Below, piece by piece: positions 1-9,076 of a DNA stretch of 64,000 bases (within the stretch, counting starts at the first letter, position 1; each line of letters opens with the position of its first letter). Source of the DNA: Acidobacteriota bacterium (GTDB lineage: Bacteria > Acidobacteriota > Blastocatellia > Pyrinomonadales > Pyrinomonadaceae). Under the pieces are notes generated by a model. The model searched no databases and was not told the DNA's origin. It was given only the letters and a program-made list of their open reading frames with translations. The stretch covers positions 10,932 through 74,931 of the forward strand of contig JAIVJM010000016.1 in NCBI GenBank assembly GCA_020199995.1. The letters are read 5' to 3'. A program made the position numbers and the translations under genes.

Positions 1-402
1 CGAGGCCGGGAGATACGGCCCGAAGTAGAGCGAGCCGTCGCGCTGAATCCGGCGCGTAATCATGACGCGCGGGAAAGGCTCGCCGATTGTCAGCTTGAGG
101 TGCGGGTACTGCTTGTCGTCCTTGAGGAGCACATTGTAGCGCGGCCTGTGCAGCTTGATGAGGTTCGATTCCAACACCAGCGCCTCGACTTCGGTGTCGG
201 TGACGATGAATTCGAGGTCGCTGATGCGCTTGACCAGCTCGCGCGTCTTGCGGTCGTGGCCCCGGCCCGACTGGAAGTAGGAGCGCACGCGGTTGCGGAG
301 GTTCTTCGCCTTCCCGACGTAGATGATCTTCCCGCCCTCATCCTTGTGCAGATAGACGCCGGGCGCTAAGGGTAGGTTTTTGAGTTTCTCTTCGAGCGTC
401 AA
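1..402 (-). CDS. uvrC: Excinuclease ABC subunit C (UvrC), N-terminal GIY-YIG part; the gene continues beyond the window start
   Basis: My own minus-strand translation from TTG at 402 gives (M)[42 protein letters not shown]...[41 protein letters not shown]. This is the GIY-YIG motif order typical of UvrC. The ORF is absent from the track because it has a non-ATG start and runs off the edge. Confidence 0.85.
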   Translation of the reverse strand, partial: MTLEEKLKNLPLAPGVYLHKDEGGKIIYVGKAKNLRNRVRSYFQSGRGHDRKTRELVKRISDLEFIVTDTEVEALVLESNLIKLHRPRYNVLLKDDKQYPHLKLTIGEPFPRVMITRRIQRDGSLYFGPYLPAS

Positions 403-512
403 CGCTTGTCACCTGCTCTACCGTGTCTGTGGCTGTGGATTCAGGGTGTAGTTTAGCCCACGGAGCAGGAGAGGCGGAAACCGGGCGGCGGAAGCTCAAA
501 AGGTCGTTTTAT

Positions 513-722
513 AAAGCCCCTGATAAGGGGCGGAAGAATTTAGCCCACGGCGTCGGGCCGTGGGAAAGTACGAGGTCATGGATTCGTGAGCCCCTGATAA
601 GGGGCGAAAGATATTCAACGTCCGATGTCTTTCGCCCCTTATCAGGGGCTTAAAATCCGTCGCCACAGTTTTCCCACGGCTTACGACGTGGGCTAAATTC
701 CATCGCCCCTTATCAGGGGCTT
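513..722. repeat. Composite palindromic (MITE-like) intergenic element of about 210 bp
   Basis: The 16-nt hairpin GCCCCTGATAAGGGGC occurs four times: 516-531 and 590-605, and as its complement at 634-649 and 705-720. The hairpin TTTAGCCCACGG..CCGTGGGAAA occurs twice in inverted orientation (about 539-567 and 669-696). The whole block is mirror-symmetric about position ~619. An extra half-site TTTAGCCCACGG lies at 452-463. Confidence 0.6.
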
Positions 723-777
723 CTCAATCAGCTTTAAGAACGACACACCTGCGCTTCGGCTATAATCCAGCCCGCAT

Positions 778-1281
778 ATGCCCTTACCCATCGCACACGG
801 TTTGACGGGCGCAGGTATAGTCGCCGCCTTGCACCCGAACCCCGCGTCGAGACGCTACGGCGTCGCGCTGCTTGCGGGCGCGCTCTTGGCCAACGCCGCC
901 GATTTGGACTTCGCGCTGGTCTGGGCCTTTCACTCGAAGGCGTGGCACCGCGCGTTCACGCACTCTCTGTTCTTCGCGGCGGTCGTGGGCCTGTTGTTCG
1001 TGGCTGTCACGGGGAGGGCGCGTTTGCGGGAGGCTGTGGCGTCAGGGCTGGCCTTTATGTCGCACGGCGCGCTGGACTGGCTCACGACCAGAGAGGGCGG
1101 GGGCATCGAGCTGCTGTGGCCCTTTTCGTCGGCGCGGCTGATGCTCGGGATGTGGGGGCTCTCGGAAGTCCCTTCGAGGCTCCCACCTTCGGGCGTCCTG
1201 AAGGCGCTCTTCATCGAACTCCTCATCTTCGGGCCGCCCTTCGCGCTCATCCTGCTCCTGAGGCGGCGGCGCGCGAGTTGA
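778..1281 (+). CDS. Membrane-bound metal-dependent hydrolase, YdjM/DUF457 family
   Basis: 167-aa ORF. It has several hydrophobic helices and His/Asp motifs (PIAHGLTG, FTHSLFF, SHGALDWLT, GIELLWPFS) typical of the LexA-regulated YdjM family. Confidence 0.7.
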   Translation: MPLPIAHGLTGAGIVAALHPNPASRRYGVALLAGALLANAADLDFALVWAFHSKAWHRAFTHSLFFAAVVGLLFVAVTGRARLREAVASGLAFMSHGALDWLTTREGGGIELLWPFSSARLMLGMWGLSEVPSRLPPSGVLKALFIELLIFGPPFALILLLRRRRAS

Positions 1282-1294
1282 AACGGCCCCGCCG

Positions 1295-4255
1295 TCAGGG
1301 CGACTGCGCCGCTTTCGCGCTCGCGCCGAGGTTGAGGACGTAGGCGGTCTGGTTCGCGGTGAGGACGAAGAGACGACGGCCGTCGGGGCTGAACTGCGTG
1401 AGCGAGACGGGGCTGGAGAAATTGAACTGGTCGCGCTTCTCCATCGTCGAGAGGTCGTAGACGCTCAACTGCCCGCGCTCGTTCTCGACGCTGAGGAGGT
1501 TCGAGGCCCGCGACGCCGTGGGGCGGTGGCCGAAGAATTTCCCCTTCGGCTCGCCGCCCGCGAGCGCGTAGACCAGCACGCGGTTCTCCGTATCGGCGAT
1601 GACCACCCAGTCGCCCGAGACGAACACGTCCGCGATGCGGAAAGAGCCCTTGCCCGTCTCGACCAGCAAACTCCCCGTCACGCGGCCCGTCCACGAGTCG
1701 AACGTCTGGAGGAAGTAGTCGCCCTCCTTCTCCTTCAACGCCGCGAGCCGCCCGGCGAGCGCCGCGTCAAGTTTGGCCTCGGCCTTGACCGCCTCGGCCT
1801 TGACCGGCCAGGACAAAACCACCGAGCCGTGGTTCTCGTCCACCCACACGCCGGGCGCTTCCTTCGGGAAAGTCTTCGTCCAGAGCGAGGCGCCGCTGCG
1901 CGCGTCGCGCACGTCGAGCGTGATGTTCGACAGCCGGCTCCCGTCCTTGCCGTTGGCCTTGCGCGCGACGAGATAAGGGCCGTGCTGCGTCGCGCTCGCG
2001 TTGCCCATCATCATGTACTCTTTGACTTCGCGCTTCGAGGGGCCGTGCTGCGTCGCGCTCGCGTCGCCCATCTTCATGTGCTCTTTGACTTCGCGCTTCG
2101 AGGGGTCGAGGCGCGCGATGACGCGCTCGGTCTCCTCGTACTTCGGAAAGTCGGCGTAAGTAATCCCGTCGTCGCCCACGTAAGCGCCGCGGAAACCGCG
2201 GACGTGGAGGACGCGCTCGCCTTTGGTCAAATCCCAGATCGCGCCGCGCGTGCGCTCCGAAATAGCGAGCCACCTGAGGTCGGGCGAGACGGCGGCGGCG
2301 CGCAAACGACCCAGAGGGTTGCGCGGCAGCGAGACCTTCGAGACCATCTCTTTCTGCCCGACGCGGTAGAGCGCCAGCTCGCCGTTGACGCGCTCGGAGA
2401 CGAAGAGGTCGCCGTAGCCGTCGAGCGCGGGCTGCTTGTTCGCCATCATGATTTTTTTCGCCGCCAAATCCATAACCCCCACCGCGTATCCCTGCACAGG
2501 CCGGATGAGCAGGTAGTTACCGTGCGTCACCCCTTCAATCGAGCCGACGAGCGGGAGCTGCTCCAGCATGTCGCCTTTGGGGAAGCTCACGATGGCCGAC
2601 TCGCGGAAGTCACCAGGGTTGTGGCCGATGATGCGGTCGGGGCCGAGGAAGGAGAAATTGCGTGAGAGGATTTTCTTGAGCACCCCGCGCGCGGGGACGC
2701 TCGTTTTCGTCGAGAGGTCGAAGATCACCGCCGAGACTTCTTCGCTGGTCGTGTTTATGAGGGTGAAAGAGACGCTCCGCTGCCCGCTCGCGAAGTAGCG
2801 CCCGTCGGGCGAAAATTTCATGCCCACCCATTCGGGCGCGTCGAGCACGTCAATGTCGGCCCCGCCCTCCAGCACGTCCCTGAGGATCTTCATGAAGAGC
2901 ATGCTGATGAGGTCTGAGAAGGGGGGCTTGAAGAAATTCTTCTTCTGGAAAACTTGCGCGCCCGAGGCCACGTCGTAGAGCGAGAGCGCGTAGTTGCCTT
3001 CGAGACAGGCGAGCGTCCCGCCGTCGGGCGCGAGCGCGCTCTGCATGCAGCCGTCTTTGACGTACATCTCGCGCGCGCCCTTGAGCTTCGCCTCATTGAC
3101 GTTCCACGTCTCGACGCGCAACGCCGCGTTGTGCAGCACGATAGACTGCGAGTCGGGCGTGAACTGCGCCGAGAGCGCCTCGGGCGCCTCGATGCGGAAG
3201 AGCGGCGCGAACGGCTCGCGCGTCAGCACGTTGACGCCCGTGTCGTCCAGCGCGAGCACGTACCTGCCGTCGGGGCTGAAGCGCAGGCGCGTCACGTCGC
3301 CGCGCAAGGGGGGCTCCAACTGCTTCCGTGAGGCCACGTCGTGCAGCGCCTCGGTGCGCCCGACGCCCGTGTAGTTGACGACCGCTGCCTGCCAACGCTC
3401 GAACTCGCCCGTCGCGGTCGAGGCGCGCGGGGCGATGCACTCGGCGGGTAGCCCCGACAGGTTCTTGAGAATTTCGCGCAGCCGCCGAGCCTCCGGCTTC
3501 GTCGTGCCGAAGAGGTCTGAGAACCAGCCGCCGGTCTTGCCGCCGGTCTCGGCGAGGCGGTCCCAGAAGGCGGCGAAGGCCTGCGGGTCGTAGCTGGCGC
3601 TCGCCATCGCGTAGATGCCGACCTGATCGGCCTCGTACTGCTCGCGCTCGCCGTGCTTGTCGCCGCGCCGGAAGGCGCCGGGCTTGCGCGCCTCGTTCTC
3701 GATGAGACGGTTGTACTTCTCCAAGATGTCGCGGCGGTCTGTGACCTCTGTGACGCCGAGCACTTCGCGGAGGATGCGCGTCATGTCGGTGGCCGTCTGC
3801 CGCGAGGCGATGTGGCCCAGCTCGTGCGCGAGCACGCCGGCCAGCTCGTCTTCGGTGCGAGCGAGCGCGACGAGCTTGCGCGTGACGTAGATGCGACCGC
3901 CCGGCAGCGCGAAGGCATTGGCTTCCGGCAAGTCAACGAGGAAGAACTGGTAGCGCATCTCTGAGTCGGGGAGCTGGCGGACGAGCGACGCGCCGACGCG
4001 ACGCAGATAGCCCGTCATCTCTTCGTCTTCGACGACGCGGTAGTTGCGCTGGACGTGCTCGGCGATGGCGTCGCCCAAATCCATCTCCTGCCGCGGCGTG
4101 AAGATGTTCTGGCCGCGCGCTGGCGCGGTCACGGCGGGCGGCAGGCAGCGCGAAGGCTTCTGCTGTGACTGCGCCGCGACCGCGAGCGCCGCGGCGCAGA
4201 CGAGTTGCGGCGGAGGCGCAGATGTTACCGGAGAGGCCAGCCGGGCCGCAAACAG
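1295..4255 (-). CDS. Secreted M48-family zinc metalloprotease fused to a very long beta-propeller-like repeat region; start uncertain
   Basis: The HExxH motif sits in LAGVLAHELGHIASRQ with M48-like context (ANAFALPGGRIYVTRKL). About 800 aa follow with recurring SPDGRY/APDGG/SPDLRW segments. The track ORF 1295..5335 over-extends antisense through the PfkB gene. In-frame starts are ATG 4084 and GTG 4132. The signal-like segment LVCAAALAVAAQ lies upstream of both and is preceded only by CTG 4255. Confidence 0.7.
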   Translation of the reverse strand: MFAARLASPVTSAPPPQLVCAAALAVAAQSQQKPSRCLPPAVTAPARGQNIFTPRQEMDLGDAIAEHVQRNYRVVEDEEMTGYLRRVGASLVRQLPDSEMRYQFFLVDLPEANAFALPGGRIYVTRKLVALARTEDELAGVLAHELGHIASRQTATDMTRILREVLGVTEVTDRRDILEKYNRLIENEARKPGAFRRGDKHGEREQYEADQVGIYAMASASYDPQAFAAFWDRLAETGGKTGGWFSDLFGTTKPEARRLREILKNLSGLPAECIAPRASTATGEFERWQAAVVNYTGVGRTEALHDVASRKQLEPPLRGDVTRLRFSPDGRYVLALDDTGVNVLTREPFAPLFRIEAPEALSAQFTPDSQSIVLHNAALRVETWNVNEAKLKGAREMYVKDGCMQSALAPDGGTLACLEGNYALSLYDVASGAQVFQKKNFFKPPFSDLISMLFMKILRDVLEGGADIDVLDAPEWVGMKFSPDGRYFASGQRSVSFTLINTTSEEVSAVIFDLSTKTSVPARGVLKKILSRNFSFLGPDRIIGHNPGDFRESAIVSFPKGDMLEQLPLVGSIEGVTHGNYLLIRPVQGYAVGVMDLAAKKIMMANKQPALDGYGDLFVSERVNGELALYRVGQKEMVSKVSLPRNPLGRLRAAAVSPDLRWLAISERTRGAIWDLTKGERVLHVRGFRGAYVGDDGITYADFPKYEETERVIARLDPSKREVKEHMKMGDASATQHGPSKREVKEYMMMGNASATQHGPYLVARKANGKDGSRLSNITLDVRDARSGASLWTKTFPKEAPGVWVDENHGSVVLSWPVKAEAVKAEAKLDAALAGRLAALKEKEGDYFLQTFDSWTGRVTGSLLVETGKGSFRIADVFVSGDWVVIADTENRVLVYALAGGEPKGKFFGHRPTASRASNLLSVENERGQLSVYDLSTMEKRDQFNFSSPVSLTQFSPDGRRLFVLTANQTAYVLNLGASAKAAQSP
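1977..2102. repeat. Tandem duplication (2 x 63 bp) inside the M48/propeller gene
   Basis: 1977-2039 and 2040-2102 are near-identical. They encode PSKREVKEHMKMGDASATQHG and PSKREVKEYMMMGNASATQHG on the minus strand. Confidence 0.9.
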
Positions 4256-4300
4256 TTTTCCGGCCCGCGCCGGGGCGCGAGAGTCGCGCTTCGGGTTAGA

Positions 4301-5329
4301 ATGTCCCGGCTCTTGCGGCGTGTGATTTTTCGTCGCCGCCGAAACTTTGACTTGTCCGGACTGTTCAAGACCACAGTGCGATTTCCCTTCATCATTCCCG
4401 TCGAGAGAGAGTTCGACGCCGTCGGCTTCGGACTCAACGCCGTGGATCACCTTGTCGTCGTCCCCGCCTATCCGGAGTTCGACACAAAGACCCGCCTCGT
4501 CGAGCACGCGCAGAGCGCCGGGGGTCAGACCGCCTCGGCGATGGTCGGCCTCCAACGCCTCGGGCTGCGGACGGCCTACGCGGGACGCTTCGGCTCGGAC
4601 GAAGAGGGCCGGTTCGGGCTGGAGACGCTCGCGTCCGAAGGCGTTGAAGTGCAGCGCGCCGAAGTCGTCCACGGCGCGCGGACGCAGCTCGCCTTCATCA
4701 TCATCGAGGCGCGCACGGGCGAGCGCACCATCATCTGGGACAGAGACGAAAGGCTCGCCTACCGCGCGGCGGAAGCGCCCGAAGATTTCGCCGCCCGTGG
4801 CCGCGTGCTCCACATGGACGCGCACGACCCCCCGGCGTGCGCGCGTCTGGCGCGTGAGGCGCGCGCGGCGGGAACGATTGTCTCGCTCGACATTGACAAC
4901 ATCTACGCGGGGCTCGACGAACTCCTCCCGCTCGTTGACGTGCTGGTCTCCTCGAAAGAGTTCCCGCGCCGGCTGAACGGCACGGACGACCTCCGGGCGG
5001 CGCTCGTCGAGACGAAGTCGCGGCTTCGTCCCGGCGCGGTCGTCGGCGCGACTCTGGGCGGGCGCGGCGCTCTGATTTATCACGAAGGAGTCTTCATCGA
5101 AGCGCCCGCCTTCCCCGTTCCCGGCGGCTGCCGCGACACGACGGGCGCGGGCGATGCCTTCCACGCGGGCTTCCTCTATGGCCTGCTTCAGGGCGAAGAG
5201 ATCGAAGCCTGTCTCGCGCTGGGCTGCGCCGTCGCCGCGCTCAAGTGCCGCGCCCTCGGCGCGCGCACCGCGCTCCCGACCGCGTTTGAGCTGAACCAGC
5301 TTTTGACGGCGGAAGGCGAGACCTCCTGA
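4301..5329 (+). CDS. PfkB-family carbohydrate kinase (ribokinase-like)
   Basis: N-terminal AVGFGLNAVDH and C-terminal DTTGAGDAFHAGFLYG (PfkB signature 2). The start is ATG 4301 or in-frame GTG 4376. The track start at 4205 is unlikely. Confidence 0.8.
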   Translation: MSRLLRRVIFRRRRNFDLSGLFKTTVRFPFIIPVEREFDAVGFGLNAVDHLVVVPAYPEFDTKTRLVEHAQSAGGQTASAMVGLQRLGLRTAYAGRFGSDEEGRFGLETLASEGVEVQRAEVVHGARTQLAFIIIEARTGERTIIWDRDERLAYRAAEAPEDFAARGRVLHMDAHDPPACARLAREARAAGTIVSLDIDNIYAGLDELLPLVDVLVSSKEFPRRLNGTDDLRAALVETKSRLRPGAVVGATLGGRGALIYHEGVFIEAPAFPVPGGCRDTTGAGDAFHAGFLYGLLQGEEIEACLALGCAVAALKCRALGARTALPTAFELNQLLTAEGETS

Positions 5330-5419
5330 GCGCACCGCTCTCGCACGAGTCTTGAGCCGACGCCGCGATCATATTTATCCACCTTACAAGGACGACACGG
5401 CAAAGGACGACACACAGCC

Positions 5420-6124
5420 ATGCGATTGCTCATTACCCTGCTGCTCCTGCTCCACGCCCTCGCCGCCGGCACGCCCGCGCTCTCGACGCGGCAGACGGAC
5501 GAGCGCCGCTTCCTCGACTCAAGGCTCGTGCCCGCCGAAGGGCGCGCTCCGGCAGACTTCGTGCCGCGCGGTTGGAAGATTGAGGAGGAGGTGAAAGGCG
5601 ACTTGAACGGCGACGGCGTGGCGGACGCGGCGCTCCGCCTCGTCGAAGACCTGCCCGTCGAGACCGGAGGCGTGTGGAACGAACGCTACCGCGCGCTCGT
5701 CGTGCTCTTCGGGAAAGCGGGCGGCGGGTTCGCGCGCGCGGCGGTCACGGCCAAACTCCTCGCCTGCTCGACCTGCGCCGGGATGCTCGGCGACCCCGAG
5801 GGCGGCAACATCTCGCTCGAAATCAAGAACGGCGTGCTCAACGTCTCGCAACTGAGCGGCGCGCGCGACGCCACCGACCTCACGCAGCGCTTCCGGCATG
5901 ACCCGCGCCTCAAGCGCTTCCGGCTCATCGGTGAGGACATCGAAACCTACGACCGCGCCCTCGGCAACAGCGAAATCGTGAGCACCAACTATCTGACCGG
6001 CGTCCGCGTTACGAAGAAGCACCGCGTGCTCAAGAAAGACGGCGAACGCGTCCTCGTCTCGACCGCGCGGAAGAAGGTCGCGGCTCGGCGCCGCTTCATC
6101 GAGGATGTTGATTACGAGCGGTAG
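5420..6124 (+). CDS. Hypothetical secreted protein with a DxDGDG (FG-GAP/calcium-binding-like) motif
   Basis: 234-aa ORF with signal peptide MRLLITLLLLLHALAAG and the motif GDLNGDGVADAAL. I recognise no other family. Confidence 0.55.
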   Translation: MRLLITLLLLLHALAAGTPALSTRQTDERRFLDSRLVPAEGRAPADFVPRGWKIEEEVKGDLNGDGVADAALRLVEDLPVETGGVWNERYRALVVLFGKAGGGFARAAVTAKLLACSTCAGMLGDPEGGNISLEIKNGVLNVSQLSGARDATDLTQRFRHDPRLKRFRLIGEDIETYDRALGNSEIVSTNYLTGVRVTKKHRVLKKDGERVLVSTARKKVAARRRFIEDVDYER

Positions 6125-6161
6125 GTTGAAATACTTTCGAGAAACGAATCAGCGCGGGCCG

Positions 6162-7142
6162 TCAATCCCCGTAGCCTTGAGGATGCGACTGCATCCACTC
6201 CCAAGCCGATTCGACGATGGCGCGGAGGTCTTGAAACTGTGGAGACCAGCCGAGTTCGCGGCGGATTTTTTCTGAGCTGGCGACAAGGACGGCGGGATCG
6301 CCGGGGCGGCGCGGGGCCGTGCGCGCAGTGATGTCCCGGCCCGTCACGGCGCGGGCCACTTCGATGACTTCTTTGACGGTGTAGCCTTCGCCGCCGCAGC
6401 CGAGATTGTAGACGGCGCTGCGCTCTTCGAGGACAAAGAGGGCGAGGATGTGCGCGCGCGCGAGGTCTACGACGTGGATGTAGTCGCGGACGCATGAGCC
6501 GTCGCGCGTCGGGTAGTCGTCGCCGTAGACTTCGACGTGGGCGCGGCGGCCCGCCGCCGCTTGCAGGACGATGGGGATAAGGTGCGTTTCGGGTTCGTGC
6601 ACCTCGCCGCACGCGGGGGTCGCGCCCGCCGCGTTGAAGTAGCGGAGCGAGGCGGAGCGGATACCGTAGGCTTTCTCGTACCACTGGAGCGCGTGCTCGA
6701 AGGCGAGCTTCGTCTGGCCGTAGGGGTTGGTCGGGACGGTGGGGTCGGATTCTTCGACGGGCTGCTTCTCAGGCTCGCCGTAGGCGGCGGCGGTCGAGGA
6801 GAAGACAAGGCGGCGCACTCCCGTCTCGTTCATCGCGTCGAGCAGGGAGAGCCCGGCGAGCACGTTGTTGCGATAATACTTCGACGGGTTCTCGACCGAC
6901 TCGCCGACGAGCGAGGCCGCGGCCATGTGAATGACGGCCTCCGTCCGCTGCTCCTCAAAAGCGCGTCGCAGGCGCACACCGTCCAAAAGGTCTGCCTCGA
7001 CTAGGCCCGCGCCCCGCGCGACCGCCCCGCGATGGCCTTTGGAGAGATCGTCGTAGACTACGACCTCGTGGCCGTCCTGCAACAGCTCTTCCGTGACGAC
7101 GCTGCCGATGTAGCCGGCCCCGCCCGTGACCAGAACGCGCAT
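6162..7142 (-). CDS. galE: UDP-glucose 4-epimerase
   Basis: MRVLVTGGAGYIGS Rossmann start and YxxxK context (PTNPYGQTKLAFE). An AGGGAG Shine-Dalgarno lies 5 nt upstream of ATG 7142. The track start at 7154 is a GTG inside that SD. Confidence 0.9.
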   Translation of the reverse strand: MRVLVTGGAGYIGSVVTEELLQDGHEVVVYDDLSKGHRGAVARGAGLVEADLLDGVRLRRAFEEQRTEAVIHMAAASLVGESVENPSKYYRNNVLAGLSLLDAMNETGVRRLVFSSTAAAYGEPEKQPVEESDPTVPTNPYGQTKLAFEHALQWYEKAYGIRSASLRYFNAAGATPACGEVHEPETHLIPIVLQAAAGRRAHVEVYGDDYPTRDGSCVRDYIHVVDLARAHILALFVLEERSAVYNLGCGGEGYTVKEVIEVARAVTGRDITARTAPRRPGDPAVLVASSEKIRRELGWSPQFQDLRAIVESAWEWMQSHPQGYGD

Positions 7143-7215
7143 AGTCTCCCTCACAAAATGTCTCGATTTAAAATCTGCCTGATGCTAGCACGCGCCGCCA
7201 TTTCGTGACGACGTA

Positions 7216-7249
7216 AAACAGTAAGCAGTGAGCAGTAAGCAGTAAACCC
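7216..7249. repeat. Heptamer-repeat array (CAGTRAG x4-5); left arm of a split inverted repeat
   Basis: The sequence is aaaaCAGTAAGCAGTGAGCAGTAAGCAGTAAAccc. There is no local complementary partner. The complement lies at 9701-9747. Confidence 0.75.
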
Positions 7250-7543
7250 AGTCATGCCCGAGTTGATTGACTGCCCTTTGTGACTCTGAAACCATCGGAC
7301 AGGGCCTTCAACGACCGTGCGGACATTGACTCCTTCCCCCGCTCGATCTATCGTTTGGTCCACAAAAGAGTCGGACGGTCTTCCTCGCAAGGCTCCCCAG
7401 ACGCGGCGCTCAAATTACCTGAGACGCGCCGACGACGGCACACAACCCAATTAGCACCGGGCAGTGCCGCGTTGATTCACGAACACCTCGCGTCCCTTTA
7501 ACGCCTCGCACCCTTTCACAGCCTCCTCGCAAGAAAGGCACCC

Positions 7544-9076
7544 ATGAGAAGATTTCTCGTCATCGTCCTCCTGCCCGCCTTGACACTGGCCCCTGCCTTC
7601 GGCCAGAGCGTTGACTGGGACGGACGCGGCACAGGGACTAATTTGAAGCTGGATCGGATGGAGCGCAAGTCGTCTTCCAGAAGCAGCAGCAGCGAGCGCA
7701 ACGACAGAGACACCGAAAGTATGTACATCCCTCCGAGCCCGCCCGACCCTCTGCCCGACCTCGTCGGCGGCTATCGCAGCCTGCGAGGATGGTTCAGGAG
7801 CGATTTGTTCCCGGACGCCCCCGGCCTCGTCGAGCCGTCCAACATCTCGGAGCTGTACTGGTCGCTCTCAGCCCTGTCCGACTACGCTGGCGGCAAGCTT
7901 CGGAGCCTGAGATCGAAGGCAGCCGCGCTGAGGTCGCGCCATCAGGAGTTACAGGAACAGTTGCGCCGCGACAGCGACTTCAGCGCGGAACTCGCCCGCG
8001 AGATAGCCGAGATTGAAAGCGACATCGCACGCTCCAGCAGCGAAGCGCGGGAAGTCGAAGGCAAGCTCACGGCGCAGGGGGCGCTGCTCGAACAGGTCAC
8101 GTCCACTTTGAGACGGATCGAAGAGGAGACGAAGGCGAAGAAGGCCGAAGTGTTCCAGAGGCTCAGCGAGGCTCAGCGTCGCGGCGTCATACTGCCGCCC
8201 AGCAGTTACCGCAAGCTGCCGGAGCCGCCGCCGCCGGGCTACCGCCGCTGGGACGAGCCGCGCGCCGGAGTCGTCGCCATCCAACCGAATATGGTCGCGC
8301 CTGAAGCCATACGGGCGTTAGCGCCCGCCTCCGCCGCGCCCTTGAGCGTCAGACCCAGTTTCCCGCTGGCTCCGCTTGCGGCCCGTCGCGGCCCCGTCGG
8401 CGAACACGATGTGCGGCAGAAGATGGCCGAGATCAGCAGTACGATGCCGCTGATCAATGCTGCGACCGTGGCGCTTAACGAGGTCTACCAGCAAGTTGTC
8501 CAGCAGGAACGGCTGGCCGCCGCGACTTCGAGCGCCGTCGGGGCCTTACGCCAGCAGGCCGACACCCTCCACTCCGACCGGGAGAGTTCCGCCAATGCTC
8601 TGAATCAGGCAAAGGGGAAGCTGAGTGATGCCGTCGCCGCCTACCAGCGCCAGAGGGAGAGGCTGCCGCTTCACTGCCTCGAACAGGCTTTCTGGCAATA
8701 CTCCTACAAGAACATGATCAGCATGCTTGAAGTCAAAGAGCTGGCCTCGCAGACGAAGGAGTTGGCTACGGGAAGCGCCGCGGACAGGTACGTCAATGTG
8801 GACATCCCGGAGGGGGTTGAGGCGGCGCTGCCCGACATTGACATCAGAAACGTCCGCCGCGCCAAGAGGGTGATGAATCACATCGTCGAGTTGGGTGCGG
8901 ACACGCAGAAGGTTATCCTGCGCGTGCCCAACGTGTTCAATGACTTGGAGAGGCCGGAAGAACTTCACGCGGCCATGAAGGACGTGGTGAACCGCTTTCA
9001 ATTGAACCTCGCCGACGAGCTGAGCGTCGTACCCGAACCGCTGAAGTGGCTCTTCAACAGTAAGGGGACGCCATGA
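7544..9076 (+). CDS. Hypothetical secreted coiled-coil protein
   Basis: 510 aa. It has signal peptide MRRFLVIVLLPALTLAPAFGQ, a Ser-rich acidic tract (KSSSRSSSSERNDRD), long heptad-like helical regions (ELQEQLRRDSDFSAELAREIAEIESDIARSSSEAREVEGKL) and a Pro-rich linker (LPEPPPPGYRRW). I recognise no family. Confidence 0.6.
   Translation: MRRFLVIVLLPALTLAPAFGQSVDWDGRGTGTNLKLDRMERKSSSRSSSSERNDRDTESMYIPPSPPDPLPDLVGGYRSLRGWFRSDLFPDAPGLVEPSNISELYWSLSALSDYAGGKLRSLRSKAAALRSRHQELQEQLRRDSDFSAELAREIAEIESDIARSSSEAREVEGKLTAQGALLEQVTSTLRRIEEETKAKKAEVFQRLSEAQRRGVILPPSSYRKLPEPPPPGYRRWDEPRAGVVAIQPNMVAPEAIRALAPASAAPLSVRPSFPLAPLAARRGPVGEHDVRQKMAEISSTMPLINAATVALNEVYQQVVQQERLAAATSSAVGALRQQADTLHSDRESSANALNQAKGKLSDAVAAYQRQRERLPLHCLEQAFWQYSYKNMISMLEVKELASQTKELATGSAADRYVNVDIPEGVEAALPDIDIRNVRRAKRVMNHIVELGADTQKVILRVPNVFNDLERPEELHAAMKDVVNRFQLNLADELSVVPEPLKWLFNSKGTP

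Noticed and set aside
423-653. 76-aa ORF in the first intergenic region.
   Set aside because: It lies entirely within the palindromic repeat element and has no SD or coding features.
1526-2665. Long plus-strand ORF (379 aa). Similar long antisense ORFs include 29501..31609, 61305..63029, 58076..59101, 36916..38088, 32983..34074, 10594..11622, 12749..13900, 43800..44441 and 45135..46010.
   Set aside because: They lie antisense to genes with clear family motifs. They are Arg/Ala/Gly/Pro-rich with no recognisable motifs. This is the usual stop-codon-poor shadow-frame artefact of high-GC DNA.
4256-5335. N-terminal 360 aa of the 1346-aa track ORF 1295..5335.
   Set aside because: This part is antisense to a well-supported PfkB kinase gene and is low-complexity Arg/Ala/Gly sequence. 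The protease homology only begins near 4100.
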